Both the position numbers and the translations under genes were made by a program. Below the pieces are notes generated by a model. The model was not told where the DNA came from. It did no database searches and was given only the letters and a program-made list of their open reading frames with translations. From contig CBFGUK010000003.1 in NCBI GenBank assembly GCA_965651925.1, positions 6,801-70,800 on the forward strand: DNA of 64,000 nucleotides, given 5' to 3'. Below are positions 40,391 through 49,700 of the stretch, piece by piece. Within the stretch, counting starts at the first letter, position 1. Every line of letters begins with the position of its first letter. The DNA comes from an uncultured bacterium (GTDB lineage: Bacteria > Desulfobacterota > Binatia > HRBIN30 > CADEER01).

Positions 40391-41101
40391 TCACGACATC
40401 AGCAGATGCTGAATGATGCCGTACGCGATGGTGACGGCGACGAGCGCGACGATGCGGGCCTGCGGGAGGTCGAGGGCGACGGCGAGCGCGCCGGTGAAGC
40501 AGCCGACGCCGGCGGCGAACGACAGCGGCGTGACGTATGGATTCCACGCGCTGCCGACCATGGCGAGCAGCATGGCGCCCCAGAAGAGCGCGAGGCCGGC
40601 GAGGGCGCCGGCACACCAGACGTGCGTGGCGGTCAGCGCGGCGGCGATCGGCAGGCTGACGAGCAGCACGGTCATCAGCGGGCGCAGGAGCGCCGGCGGA
40701 CGATCGCCGAGCCGGCCGAAGCGCGCGCTGATGTCGGCATCGGCGCCATATCCTCCGGCGCGCCCGTCGGCGCCATGGCTCAGCACGTCGGCCCAGTCGG
40801 GGCCGGTGGGCGCATACACGTACGGATGTCCCCACGGATCGTCGGGCACGTACGGCACGAATTCCGGCGCCAGCACGCGCAGGCCTTCCTGCGCGGTCGG
40901 CATGCGATGATGCTGCCCGCGGTAGCGGTCGAGCGCCGCGGCGAGGTCGCGCGCGCCGGTGACCGCCATGCTGTACGTCCCGGCATCCTGCAGGCTGTCG
41001 TAGAGCGTGGTGGCCGCGCGCGCGAACACGAGCACCAGCAGGGGCGTGACCAGCAGGCCGAGCAGGGCTCCGGCTGCGAAGGCAAGCGGGCGGCGGCGCA
41101 C
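40391..41101 (-). CDS. Membrane protein with a periplasmic type II secretion GspG-like (pseudopilin C-terminal) domain. It lacks a prepilin leader.
   Basis: 236 aa. N-terminal TM helix, then LDRYRGQHHRMPTAQEGLRVLAPEFVPYVPDDPWGHPYVYAPTGPDWADVLSHGADGRAGGYGADADI, matching the T2SS-G motif. Three more TM helices at the C-terminus. Confidence 0.6.
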   Translation of the reverse strand: MRRRPLAFAAGALLGLLVTPLLVLVFARAATTLYDSLQDAGTYSMAVTGARDLAAALDRYRGQHHRMPTAQEGLRVLAPEFVPYVPDDPWGHPYVYAPTGPDWADVLSHGADGRAGGYGADADISARFGRLGDRPPALLRPLMTVLLVSLPIAAALTATHVWCAGALAGLALFWGAMLLAMVGSAWNPYVTPLSFAAGVGCFTGALAVALDLPQARIVALVAVTIAYGIIQHLLMS

Positions 41102-41110
41102 GTGCCGCGA

Positions 41111-41389
41111 TCAGCGTTTGAGGATGCGGAACGAGCGCCGCAGGCGCGCGACCTGATCCTGCACCGAGCGCGTCTTCTGCGCGTCGACCAGTGCATGGAA
41201 GAGCTCGAGGTCGCTCACCTCCGGCTCCGTGGCATGCGCCGCGGCGATCGCATCGATCAGATCGTTGATCAGCCGTGGAATCTCGCGCTGCGGCACGACG
41301 AGATCCCCGCGCCCGAGGCTGCCGCTCCAGTTTGCGGCGTACGGGCGCAGCACGTCGAGAATCTTCTCCGTTTCGGGGCGCTCGCGCAT
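41111..41389 (-). CDS. Hypothetical small protein (92 aa).
   Basis: First ATG (MRERPETEKILDVLRPYAANWSG...) within the track ORF 41111..41407, which begins at a GTG. Ends 9 nt before the GspG-like gene. No recognised domain. Confidence 0.35.
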   Translation of the reverse strand: MRERPETEKILDVLRPYAANWSGSLGRGDLVVPQREIPRLINDLIDAIAAAHATEPEVSDLELFHALVDAQKTRSVQDQVARLRRSFRILKR

Positions 41390-41560
41390 GTGTGTCGGGG
41401 ATACCACACGCGTCGCGGACGGGGAACGGAGCGTCGCGCGTTGCCCACCCGACGCGCGATTGCTACTCGGAACGGGATGCGTGCGGAGGTGCGGAGGTGC
41501 GGAACGTCGGCCGGCGCCGCCGCGACGCCGGCCGCCGGTGCCAGTCCGACCGCCGGGCGT

Positions 41561-41944
41561 TCAGGGCGCGCGGTGCACGCCACCGCCGGGCGGCGCGGCC
41601 CGACCGACCGGTGGCGGCCCGGCGGCGCCGAGTGGCGCCGGGCCGGCGGCACCGAGCGGCGCGGGCCCGGCCGCACCGCGCGGCGGCGGACCCGCGGCGC
41701 CGAGCGGCGCCGGTCCGGCCGCGCCGCCTGGTACCTGTCCCGGTGGCGCGACGCGCGTCTGCAGGCAGGCCTGCACCGCGCCGAGCGGCGCACCGAGCGC
41801 GCTGGCGATCTGGTCGGGACGCGCGCCCTGGCGGAAGAGCTGGCGCGCCTGTGCGCAGCCGTCAGCCGCGGCGGGAGTCACGTCGATGATGGCGAGCGAC
41901 GCGCCGAGCAGCAGGCCGCCGAGCAGCAGCCGGGTTTCTCTCAT
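41561..41944 (-). CDS. Secreted low-complexity protein with (GAAGPAPL)n octapeptide repeats.
   Basis: Internal Met MRETRLLLGGLLLGASLAIIDVTPAAA (signal peptide) of the track ORF 41561..42082. Two Cys after the signal peptide, then five tandem GAAGP(A/P)PL units. Confidence 0.5.
   Translation of the reverse strand: MRETRLLLGGLLLGASLAIIDVTPAAADGCAQARQLFRQGARPDQIASALGAPLGAVQACLQTRVAPPGQVPGGAAGPAPLGAAGPPPRGAAGPAPLGAAGPAPLGAAGPPPVGRAAPPGGGVHRAP
41611..41730. repeat. 24-nt tandem repeat of about 5 units, encoding the GAAGPAPL units.
   Basis: ccgagYggcgcSggBccggcSgca units are visible on the plus strand. Coding, not a CRISPR array. Confidence 0.6.
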
Positions 41945-42038
41945 ACGACACCCCTCTCCCGTTCCCTGTCGGTCGATCATAGGAGCCGGGCAGCGATGCG
42001 GCAATCGGGCTCGCGCGCCGGCGCGATGGAGGCGGACG

Positions 42039-42941
42039 GTGCGCAAACCGCACCCGCTGCGTCCCGGTGATCTGATCGGCATCGCCGCGCCCGCGGCGGC
42101 GGTGGACCGGGCGGCGGTCGAGGCCGGCGTCGGCGTGCTCGAGCGCGCCGGCTACCGCGTGCGCGTCGGCGAGGCGGTCTTCCGCCAGGCCGGCTATCTC
42201 GCCGGCAGCGATGCCGAGCGGCTCGCCGATCTGCACGCGCTGCTCGCCGACCGCGCGGTCCGGGCGATCATCTGTGCGCGTGGCGGATACGGCAGCGGCC
42301 GGCTCGTGCCGCAGCTCGACATCGAGCTGGCGCGCCGCCAGGCGAAGATCGTCGTCGGCTACAGCGACATCACCTTCCTGCTGACGCAGCTCGTGCAGCG
42401 TGCCGGCATGGTCGCGTTCCACGGGCCGATGCTCGCCGACTTCCCCGCCAATGCCGCCGGCAGCGAGGCGCTCCTGCGGCTGCTCGCCGGCGATCGCACC
42501 CTGTGGAATCTGCGCGCGCGCGAGATCGTCCAGCCCGGCACCAGCGAGGGCGTGCTCGTCGGTGGCTGTCTCTCGATCCTCGTCGCCGGGCTCGGCACGC
42601 CGTACGCCATCGAGACGAAGGGGCGGCTGCTGTTCCTCGAAGACGTGAACGAAAAGCCGTATCGTGTCGATCGCATGCTCACCCAGCTCCGCCAGGCCGG
42701 CAAGCTCGACGGGGTCGCCGGTGTGCTGTTCGGCGACATGACCGGTTGCGGCCATGCCGGCGATGCGGTGACCGTCCGCGACGTGATTCGCGAGGCGTTT
42801 GCGAGCGCGCGCTATCCGGTCGTCTTCGGCCTGCCGACCGGCCACGGCGGCGGCGCGGTCACGCTGCCGCTCGGCGTCCGCGCCCGCCTGGCCGGCGAGC
42901 GGCTGCACCTGCTCGAATCGCCGCTGGCGGAGTCCGGGTGA
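42039..42941 (+). CDS. ldcA: LD-carboxypeptidase (muramoyltetrapeptide carboxypeptidase, peptidase S66).
   Basis: GTG start at VRKPHPLRPGDLIGIAAP within the track ORF 41229..42941. S66 nucleophile motif VVGYSDITFLL, and His/Glu near the C-terminus. Confidence 0.8.
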   Translation: MRKPHPLRPGDLIGIAAPAAAVDRAAVEAGVGVLERAGYRVRVGEAVFRQAGYLAGSDAERLADLHALLADRAVRAIICARGGYGSGRLVPQLDIELARRQAKIVVGYSDITFLLTQLVQRAGMVAFHGPMLADFPANAAGSEALLRLLAGDRTLWNLRAREIVQPGTSEGVLVGGCLSILVAGLGTPYAIETKGRLLFLEDVNEKPYRVDRMLTQLRQAGKLDGVAGVLFGDMTGCGHAGDAVTVRDVIREAFASARYPVVFGLPTGHGGGAVTLPLGVRARLAGERLHLLESPLAESG

Positions 42942-44080
42942 TCTTCCAGCGTGTCGAGCAGGCCATGCACGAGGCCGTGCGGCGCGGCGTCTTTCCCGGC
43001 GCCGTGCTGCTCGTGCGCGCGGCGGAGCGCGTCTTCTACCTGCGCGCCTTCGGCGACCGGCAGGTCGAGCCGACGCGCGCCGCGATGGCCGAGGACACGA
43101 TCTTCGACCTCTCGTCGCTGACCAAGCCGCTGGCGACGACGACCGCCGTGATGCTGCTCGTCCGCGACGGCAAGCTGCGTCTCGACGACCGCGTGACGCG
43201 CTTCCTGCACAACTTCGGCGTGCACGGGAAGATGCCCGTCACGCTGCGCCACCTGCTCGCGCACACCTCCGGACTCGCGGCGTGGCGACCGTTCTACAAG
43301 GACATCCTGCGCATCGAGAAGCGGGGCGAGAAGATCAACTTCCTCGGCAGCAGCGGGGCGAAGGAGTACGTCTACCAGCAGGTCGGTCGCGAGCGGCCGG
43401 AGGCGCCGGCGGGTACGCGCACGCTGTACAGCGATCTCGGCTTCATGATCCTCGGCGAGCTCGTCGAGCTGGCGAGCGGCACGACGCTCGACCGCTTCTG
43501 CCAGGACCGCATCGTGCGGCCGCTCGGGCTGCGCGAGACCTCGTTCATCGACCTCGGCCTGGTGCGCACGCGGCGCCTCGTGCCGGCGCGCGACCGCATC
43601 GCGGCCACCGAGCGTTGCCCGTGGCGCAAGCGCGTCCTGTGCGGCGAGGTGCACGACGACAACGCCTACGCGATGGGCGGCGTCGCCGGGCACGCCGGGC
43701 TGTTTGCCTCGGCGCGCGACGTCGACACGATCCTCTGCCGCCTGCGCGCCTGCTGGCAGGGGCGCGACGAGTTCCTGCCGGCGGCGCTGGTGCGCGAGTT
43801 CTGGACCCGCGACCCGGCGGTGGCGGGCTCGACCTGGGCGCTCGGCTGGGACACGCCGTCGCCGACGGCGTCCTCGGCCGGCACGCGCTTCTCGCCCGAG
43901 ACCGTCGGTCATCTCGGCTTCACCGGCACGTCGATCTGGATGGATCTGGCGCGTGACCGGCACGTCATCCTGCTGTCCAACCGCGTTCATCCGACGCGTG
44001 ACAACGAACGCATCAAGGAGTTCCGGCCCGTGCTGCATGATCTCGTGAACGAGGCGCTGGACGAGGAGGGGAAGGGATGA
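42938..44080 (+). CDS. Serine hydrolase of the beta-lactamase / class C (AmpH-like) family.
   Basis: GTG start overlapping the ldcA stop (GTGA) within the track ORF 42503..44080. SLTKPL (SxxK), YSDLG (YxN-equivalent) and HLGFTG (KTG-equivalent) motifs. Confidence 0.75.
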   Translation: MIFQRVEQAMHEAVRRGVFPGAVLLVRAAERVFYLRAFGDRQVEPTRAAMAEDTIFDLSSLTKPLATTTAVMLLVRDGKLRLDDRVTRFLHNFGVHGKMPVTLRHLLAHTSGLAAWRPFYKDILRIEKRGEKINFLGSSGAKEYVYQQVGRERPEAPAGTRTLYSDLGFMILGELVELASGTTLDRFCQDRIVRPLGLRETSFIDLGLVRTRRLVPARDRIAATERCPWRKRVLCGEVHDDNAYAMGGVAGHAGLFASARDVDTILCRLRACWQGRDEFLPAALVREFWTRDPAVAGSTWALGWDTPSPTASSAGTRFSPETVGHLGFTGTSIWMDLARDRHVILLSNRVHPTRDNERIKEFRPVLHDLVNEALDEEGKG

Positions 44081-45525
44081 CCGAGCGCGACCGGCCGCGC
44101 GTCGATCTCGCGCAGGTGCGCCACGTCCATCTCGTCGCCATCGGCGGTGTCGCGATGGCGGCGCTCGCCGGCATGCTGCAGCGCCGCGGACTGCAGGTCA
44201 CCGGCTCGGACGAGGGCGTCTATCCGCCGATGAGCACCGTGCTGGCGCGGCTCGGCATCCGCGTGCGCGACGGCTACCGACCGGCGAATCTCGAGCCCCG
44301 CCCCGATCTCGTCGTCATCGGCAACAAGGTCTCGCGCGACAATGCCGAGGTGCAGGCGGTGCTCGCCGCCGGCCTGCCGTACCTGTCGCTGCCGGAGACG
44401 CTCGGCGCCCTCTTTCTCGCCGGCCGGCAGTCACTCGTGGTCGCCGGCACGCACGGCAAGACGACCTCGACCGCGATGCTCGGCTGGGTGCTCGAGTGCG
44501 CGGGATACGATCCCAGCCTGCTGGTCGGCGGCGAGAGCCTCGACTTCGGCGGCAACTTCAAGCTCGGCGATGGTCCGCACTTCGTCATCGAGGGCGACGA
44601 GTACGACAGCGCGTTCTTCGACAAGGGGCCGAAGTTCCTCCACTACCGACCCGCGGCCGCGATTCTCACCGCGGTCGAGTTCGATCATGCCGACATCTAT
44701 CGCGACCTCGATCATGTGAAGGAGGCGTTCCAGCGCTTCGTCGCGCTGCTGCCCGCCGGTGCGCCGCTGGTGGTCGCCCAGGCCTTTCCGCACGCGCTCG
44801 AGGTGGCGCGCAGCGGCGCGGCACGCGTCGTCACCTTCGGCCGCGCGGCCGAGGCGGAGTGGGAATGCCGCGACCTCGCCGACCGCGACGGCGCGCTGCA
44901 CTTCCGCGTCGCACATCGCGGCCGCGACGAAGGCGCGCTGACGCTGCGCGTACCGGGCGCGATCAATGCGCTCAACGCGCTCGGCGTTTACGCGCTGGCG
45001 CGCGAGCTCGATGTGCCGCACGACGCGATCGCCGGCGGTCTGGCGTCGTTCCGCGGCGTTGCGCGGCGCCAGGAGCTGGTCGGCACGTGGCGCGGCGTGA
45101 CGGTGATCGACGACTTCGCCCATCATCCGACGGCAGTCGCCGGGACGCTTGCCGCGCTGCGCGCCCGCTATCCCCGGCAGCGCCTGTGGGGGGTGTTCGA
45201 GCCGCGGTCGAACACCAGCCGGCGGCGCATTTTCCAGCGCGAGTACGTCGACGCGCTCGCCGCCGCCGACGCGGTGATCGTCGGGGGGGTGTTCCGCAAG
45301 GAGACCGATGCCGTCGCCGCCGATCTGCTGTTCTCCCCCGAACAGCTCGCCGCCGATCTCACGGCGCGCGGCGTTGCGGCGCGCGCCATCGCCGCCACCA
45401 ACGATATCGCGGCGACCCTCGCCGGCGAGGCCGTTCCCGGCGACGTGATCGTGCTGATGTCGAACGGCGCCTTCGGCGGGCTGCGCGAGCAGCTGGTCGG
45501 CGAACTGCAGAAGCGTGACCGGTGA
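44077..45525 (+). CDS. mpl: UDP-N-acetylmuramate:L-alanyl-gamma-D-glutamyl-meso-diaminopimelate ligase (murein peptide ligase Mpl).
   Basis: 482 aa. Mur ligase P-loop VAGTHGKTTSTAML. ATGA overlap with the upstream gene. Mpl-like rather than MurC by length and synteny with ldcA. Confidence 0.8.
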   Translation: MTERDRPRVDLAQVRHVHLVAIGGVAMAALAGMLQRRGLQVTGSDEGVYPPMSTVLARLGIRVRDGYRPANLEPRPDLVVIGNKVSRDNAEVQAVLAAGLPYLSLPETLGALFLAGRQSLVVAGTHGKTTSTAMLGWVLECAGYDPSLLVGGESLDFGGNFKLGDGPHFVIEGDEYDSAFFDKGPKFLHYRPAAAILTAVEFDHADIYRDLDHVKEAFQRFVALLPAGAPLVVAQAFPHALEVARSGAARVVTFGRAAEAEWECRDLADRDGALHFRVAHRGRDEGALTLRVPGAINALNALGVYALARELDVPHDAIAGGLASFRGVARRQELVGTWRGVTVIDDFAHHPTAVAGTLAALRARYPRQRLWGVFEPRSNTSRRRIFQREYVDALAAADAVIVGGVFRKETDAVAADLLFSPEQLAADLTARGVAARAIAATNDIAATLAGEAVPGDVIVLMSNGAFGGLREQLVGELQKRDR

Positions 45526-45544
45526 CCAGTGACTGGTGACCGGT
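45515..45544. repeat. Second copy of the heptad ACCGGT-type array, (gACCGGT, gACCaGT, gACtGGT, gACCGGT), overlapping the mpl stop codon.
   Basis: The sequence reads GTGACCGGTGACCAGTGACTGGTGACCGGT. The mpl stop TGA (45523-45525) lies inside the first GGTGACC. The same motif family occurs at 39970-39997 and 40366-40386. Confidence 0.55.
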
Positions 45545-45757
45545 AGGAGGAGGATCCCCCGGGAAGCGGACGCGGCGAGTGTCCGTATGCTGCTCGATCC
45601 GGGCCGTCCGCTGAGTCTCCGGACGCTTCTTTTCTCGACTTCGCGTCCTCGGCGTCTTCGCGGCTGATGGTCGGGTTCATGGAAAACCGCACACCGGTCA
45701 CCGTCGCACAGGGGCCAGTGGCACGGCCGGCACGCATACGCTAGGAACCGGACTGTC

Positions 45758-46510
45758 ATGTCCGTCGCCATCGACCGGTCGGTGCTCGATGCGGTGCTCT
45801 CGCGGGCCTTCGATGCGAAGTCGCCCGAGGAGATTCTGCGTTGGGGGCTGGAGACGTTCGCGCCGCGGATCGCGCTCTCGGCGAGTTTCGGATCGCCCGA
45901 GGGCATGGTGCTCCTCGACATGATGCACGCCATCGATCCGGCGAAGACACGCGTCTTCACCATCGATACCGGGCGGCTGCACCAGGAGACCTACGACCTG
46001 ATGGATCGCGTGCGCACCCGCTACGATCTCGAGGTCGAGGTGTATTTCCCCAATCCCGACGCGGTACAGGCGATGGTCCGCAAGCACGGCCTGAACCTCT
46101 TCTACGACGCGGTCGAGCTGCGCCGGAAGTGCTGCGGCATCCGCAAGGTCGAGCCGCTCGGGCGCGCACTCGCCGACCTCGACGCGTGGATCGCGGGGCT
46201 CCGGCCGGGACAGGGTGTGACGCGCAACGAGGTGCGTGCGGTCGAGATCGACGAGGTGCACGGCGGACGCATCAAGCTCAATCCGCTGGTCGGATGGACG
46301 CGCGAACAGGTGATGGACTACGTCGAGCGCCATCACGTCCCGGTGAACCGGCTGCATGCCGACGGCTACCCGAGCGTCGGCTGCGTCCCGTGTACGCGCT
46401 CCATCCAGCCGGGCGAGGATGAACGCGCCGGCCGCTGGTGGTGGGAGAACGAAGACCAGCGCGAGTGCGGCATCCACGTCGGCTACGAGGAGAAGGGCTC
46501 GGGCATCTGA
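45758..46510 (+). CDS. cysH: Thioredoxin-dependent adenylylsulfate / phosphoadenylylsulfate reductase (CysH) of the Fe-S cluster type, likely APS reductase.
   Basis: 250 aa. PP-loop SFGSPEGMVLLDM. Cys pair CCGIRKVEPL plus CVPCTRS ([4Fe-4S] ligands). C-terminal ECGIHVG redox motif. Confidence 0.85.
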   Translation: MSVAIDRSVLDAVLSRAFDAKSPEEILRWGLETFAPRIALSASFGSPEGMVLLDMMHAIDPAKTRVFTIDTGRLHQETYDLMDRVRTRYDLEVEVYFPNPDAVQAMVRKHGLNLFYDAVELRRKCCGIRKVEPLGRALADLDAWIAGLRPGQGVTRNEVRAVEIDEVHGGRIKLNPLVGWTREQVMDYVERHHVPVNRLHADGYPSVGCVPCTRSIQPGEDERAGRWWWENEDQRECGIHVGYEEKGSGI

Positions 46511-46770
46511 GCCCGCGGCCGACGGCGCCACCCCGCGCCCCTGCCGCCGCCGATGCCGGGGACGCGACGCGCTCCCGGCTGCCCCTGCAGACGTGGCCCC
46601 GGCGCGAACACGCGCCTCCGGCCGAGTTTCGCGTTGACTTGTCGCCAGGCGTCTCGCTAGTCGTCCTCACGGTCATCTGACAATTGCTGCATCGGCTCGT
46701 CCCCGGGGGGGCGGCGGGTCGAAGCCCGTGCGCGGCGCGCCGGGTTGGCGTGCCGTCGGGGGAGGAAGGC

Positions 46771-49700
46771 ATGACGCTGGCGGCGAAGAACGCGAGGGCC
46801 TGCGGGTGTGCCCGGATTCGTTCGGGCCTCGTCCGGCTGACCGTCGTTGCGCTTGCGGCCCAGATCGGCGGGCTCGGCCCCGCCGCGGCGGCGCCCCCGG
46901 CGCTGACGACCAGCTCGAGCGCGGTGGCGTCCGCGACCTGTGGCGGCGCACAGGTCACCGTGGGTGTTCACGGCGTCGGTGATCCGGTCACGCAGCGCCG
47001 CCCGCTCGACGTCATGATCGTCTTCGACCGCTCCGGTTCGATGGACGATGCGTGGTGGTTGCCGCCGCAGCCGCTCACCGATGCGAAGACCGGAGCCAGG
47101 GTGCTGGTCGACTCGCTCAGCGCTACGGAGGATCGCGCCGGCCTCACGTCCTTCTCCGACACCGGGACGCTCAACCGCGGCCTGACGTCCAATTTCACCT
47201 CGGTGAAGAGCGCCATCGACGGGCTCTGGGCGCTCGGCGCGACGAACATGGCGCGCGGCATCCAGACCGGCCAGACGGAGCTCGCGGCCAACGGCCGCAG
47301 TACGCCGGCGGTGCGCGTCATGGTCGTGCTCGGTGACGGCGTGCCCACCCGCCGTCTGAACGGGAGCTCGTGCTCGAACACGCCCAGTGCACCGAACGGC
47401 TGCACGCAGGACGCGGTCGCGCAGGCGGCGGCGGCCAAGGCTGCCGGCACGGTGATCTTCACGATCGGCCTGAACCTGACGAACCTGCCGTTTGCGACCG
47501 AGGCGGTGGCGCGCAGCACGCTGCAGGACATCGCCTCCACGCCGGACGCCTACTTCGAGTCGCCGACCTCTGCCGAGCTGGCCGGCATCTTCGCGCAGAT
47601 CGGCGAGATCGTCACGACCCTCGCCGGCTCGGACGTCGTGCTCACGCACGTGCTGCCGGGCGGGGTGTCGTACGTCGGCGGCTCAGCCGTCCCGGCCCCG
47701 AGTGTGGTGAGCGGCCAGACGCTGGTGTGGAATCTCGGCCTGCTGAACATCGGCAGCAGCACGGGGGTGACGTTCACCGTCCACATTGCGGACGCGACTC
47801 CGGGTCAGCCGGTGGTCGCGCCGGGCAGCGGCGTCGACTACCTCGACTACCAGGGAGAGGCCGCGACGGTTGCCGTGCCGCCGGCCGCGGTGAGCGTCGT
47901 TCCCTGCGCGACGGCGACGCCCTCATTGACCGGGACGGCGACGCGCACGCACACGCCGGGACCGACGAACACCCCGACGCACACCGGCACGCCGACGCGC
48001 ACGAGTACGCCCGCGGCGACGGCGACCGCGACCCACACCCCGGCGCCGTTCTGCGGCGATGGGGTGATCGATCCCGGCGAGAGCTGTGATGACGGCAACG
48101 GCTTCGACGGCGATGGATGCGAGTCGGACTGCACCCCATCGGCCGCGTGCGCGTTCGGCCACGACGGCGTCGAGCGGTTCGTCGGCGCATGCGGCGCACC
48201 GAGCCATGCGAGCATCCAGGCGGCGGTGGACGCCGCAGCCGACGGCGACACGATCACCGTCTGCCCGGGCGCGTACACCGAACAGGTGCAGGTCACGCGC
48301 GAGGTGCACCTCCGCGCCGCGGAACCCGGGACGGTGCTGGTGGAGACGAACGGGACGGCGTTCGACCTGCAGCGCAGTGGCATCACGATCGAGGGGCTGG
48401 TGATCACCGCGACCGGCGGCACGGCGGTGACCACCGCGGCGCTGTGTCCGCTCGGCCAGATGACGTGCGCGGCGCCGGATCACGGATCGAAGCTGCGCAT
48501 CGCGAACAACACGATCTCCGGCAGCGTGCTCGGCATCGGCTGGTCGCTGCGCGTCGATTGCGCAGAGATCGCCGGCAATACGCTCACCGACAACACCACG
48601 CACATCGACATCCGGCAGCAGGATGGCCCGTCGGCGGTGCTGGTCGGCATCACCGGCAACCAGGTGTCCCTCGGGGGGACGTCTGGCGCGGCGGTGACGC
48701 TCGCCGGCATCGGCGCGACCATTGCCGCAAACACCATTGCCAGCTCGAGCACGGCCGGGCTCGTGCTGGCGGCGATGAGCGACGGGAGCCAGGTGATCGA
48801 GAACGCCCTTGCCGGCAACGCCGGTGACGGCATCACGTTGCGCTCGGGCGCAAGCGCGGTGCGGGTGCGCGACAACAACATCACCGACAACGGCGTCGGC
48901 CTCGGCAACGAATCCGGCGGGCTGGTCGACGCGCGCGAGAACTGGTGGGATTCGCAGACCGGGCCGAGCGGCGTGACGTGGCCGAATCCCGACCCCGGAC
49001 CGCCGCTGACCGGCAGCGGTGACCTGCTCGTCAACCGCTCGGGCAGCACGACGTTCATCGAGTTCCTGTGCAAACCCTTCCCGCAGGGCTTCCCCAGCGT
49101 GCTCGGGCAATGCGGCACGGAAGTGGCGGAGCTGCGCCAGCTCCTGCCGGGTCGCGCGCCGGATCTCGATCCGTTCGGTCGCTACATCGTGTTCGAATCG
49201 ACGGCCGACATGGATGTCGACGGGCGCACCGCGTACAGCAACGGCGACGCCAGCCAGGAGATCTTCCTGCTGAACCGGCGGCCGCGGAAGCCGCTGATCG
49301 GCGTCTGCCTCGGCGGGCTCGTGCCGTGCGACTTCCGCAATCTCGGCACCTGCACGCCGTGCCGGGGCAGGAAGGAGTGCCCGGGAGATCCGAGCGCCGA
49401 TCCGATCGTCCTGAATGGCGAGTGCGTCGTCGTCACGCAGCTCACCAACGGGCACGGGGAGACGCAGAGTCGCGGGCCGCGGCTGACCGGGCTCGCCAAG
49501 CACGTGGTGTTCGACTCGGACAACCAGCAGGACGGGAACCCCGACGGGTCACGCGAGATCCTGCGCTGGAGCCGGCCGTCGTTCGAGAAGTCCGAGCCGC
49601 CGCTGGCGTCGTACTCGCACGGCACCGCCGACGAGCACTACCAGAACCCGGCGCCGGCGCTGAACGGCAAGTACATCGCGGTCGAATCGAACGCGAACCC

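Noticed and set aside
45168-45737. 189-aa minus-strand ORF spanning the mpl 3' end and the mpl-cysH intergenic region.
   Set aside because: Antisense to mpl over most of its length and reads through the GTGACC array. No domain, no Shine-Dalgarno.
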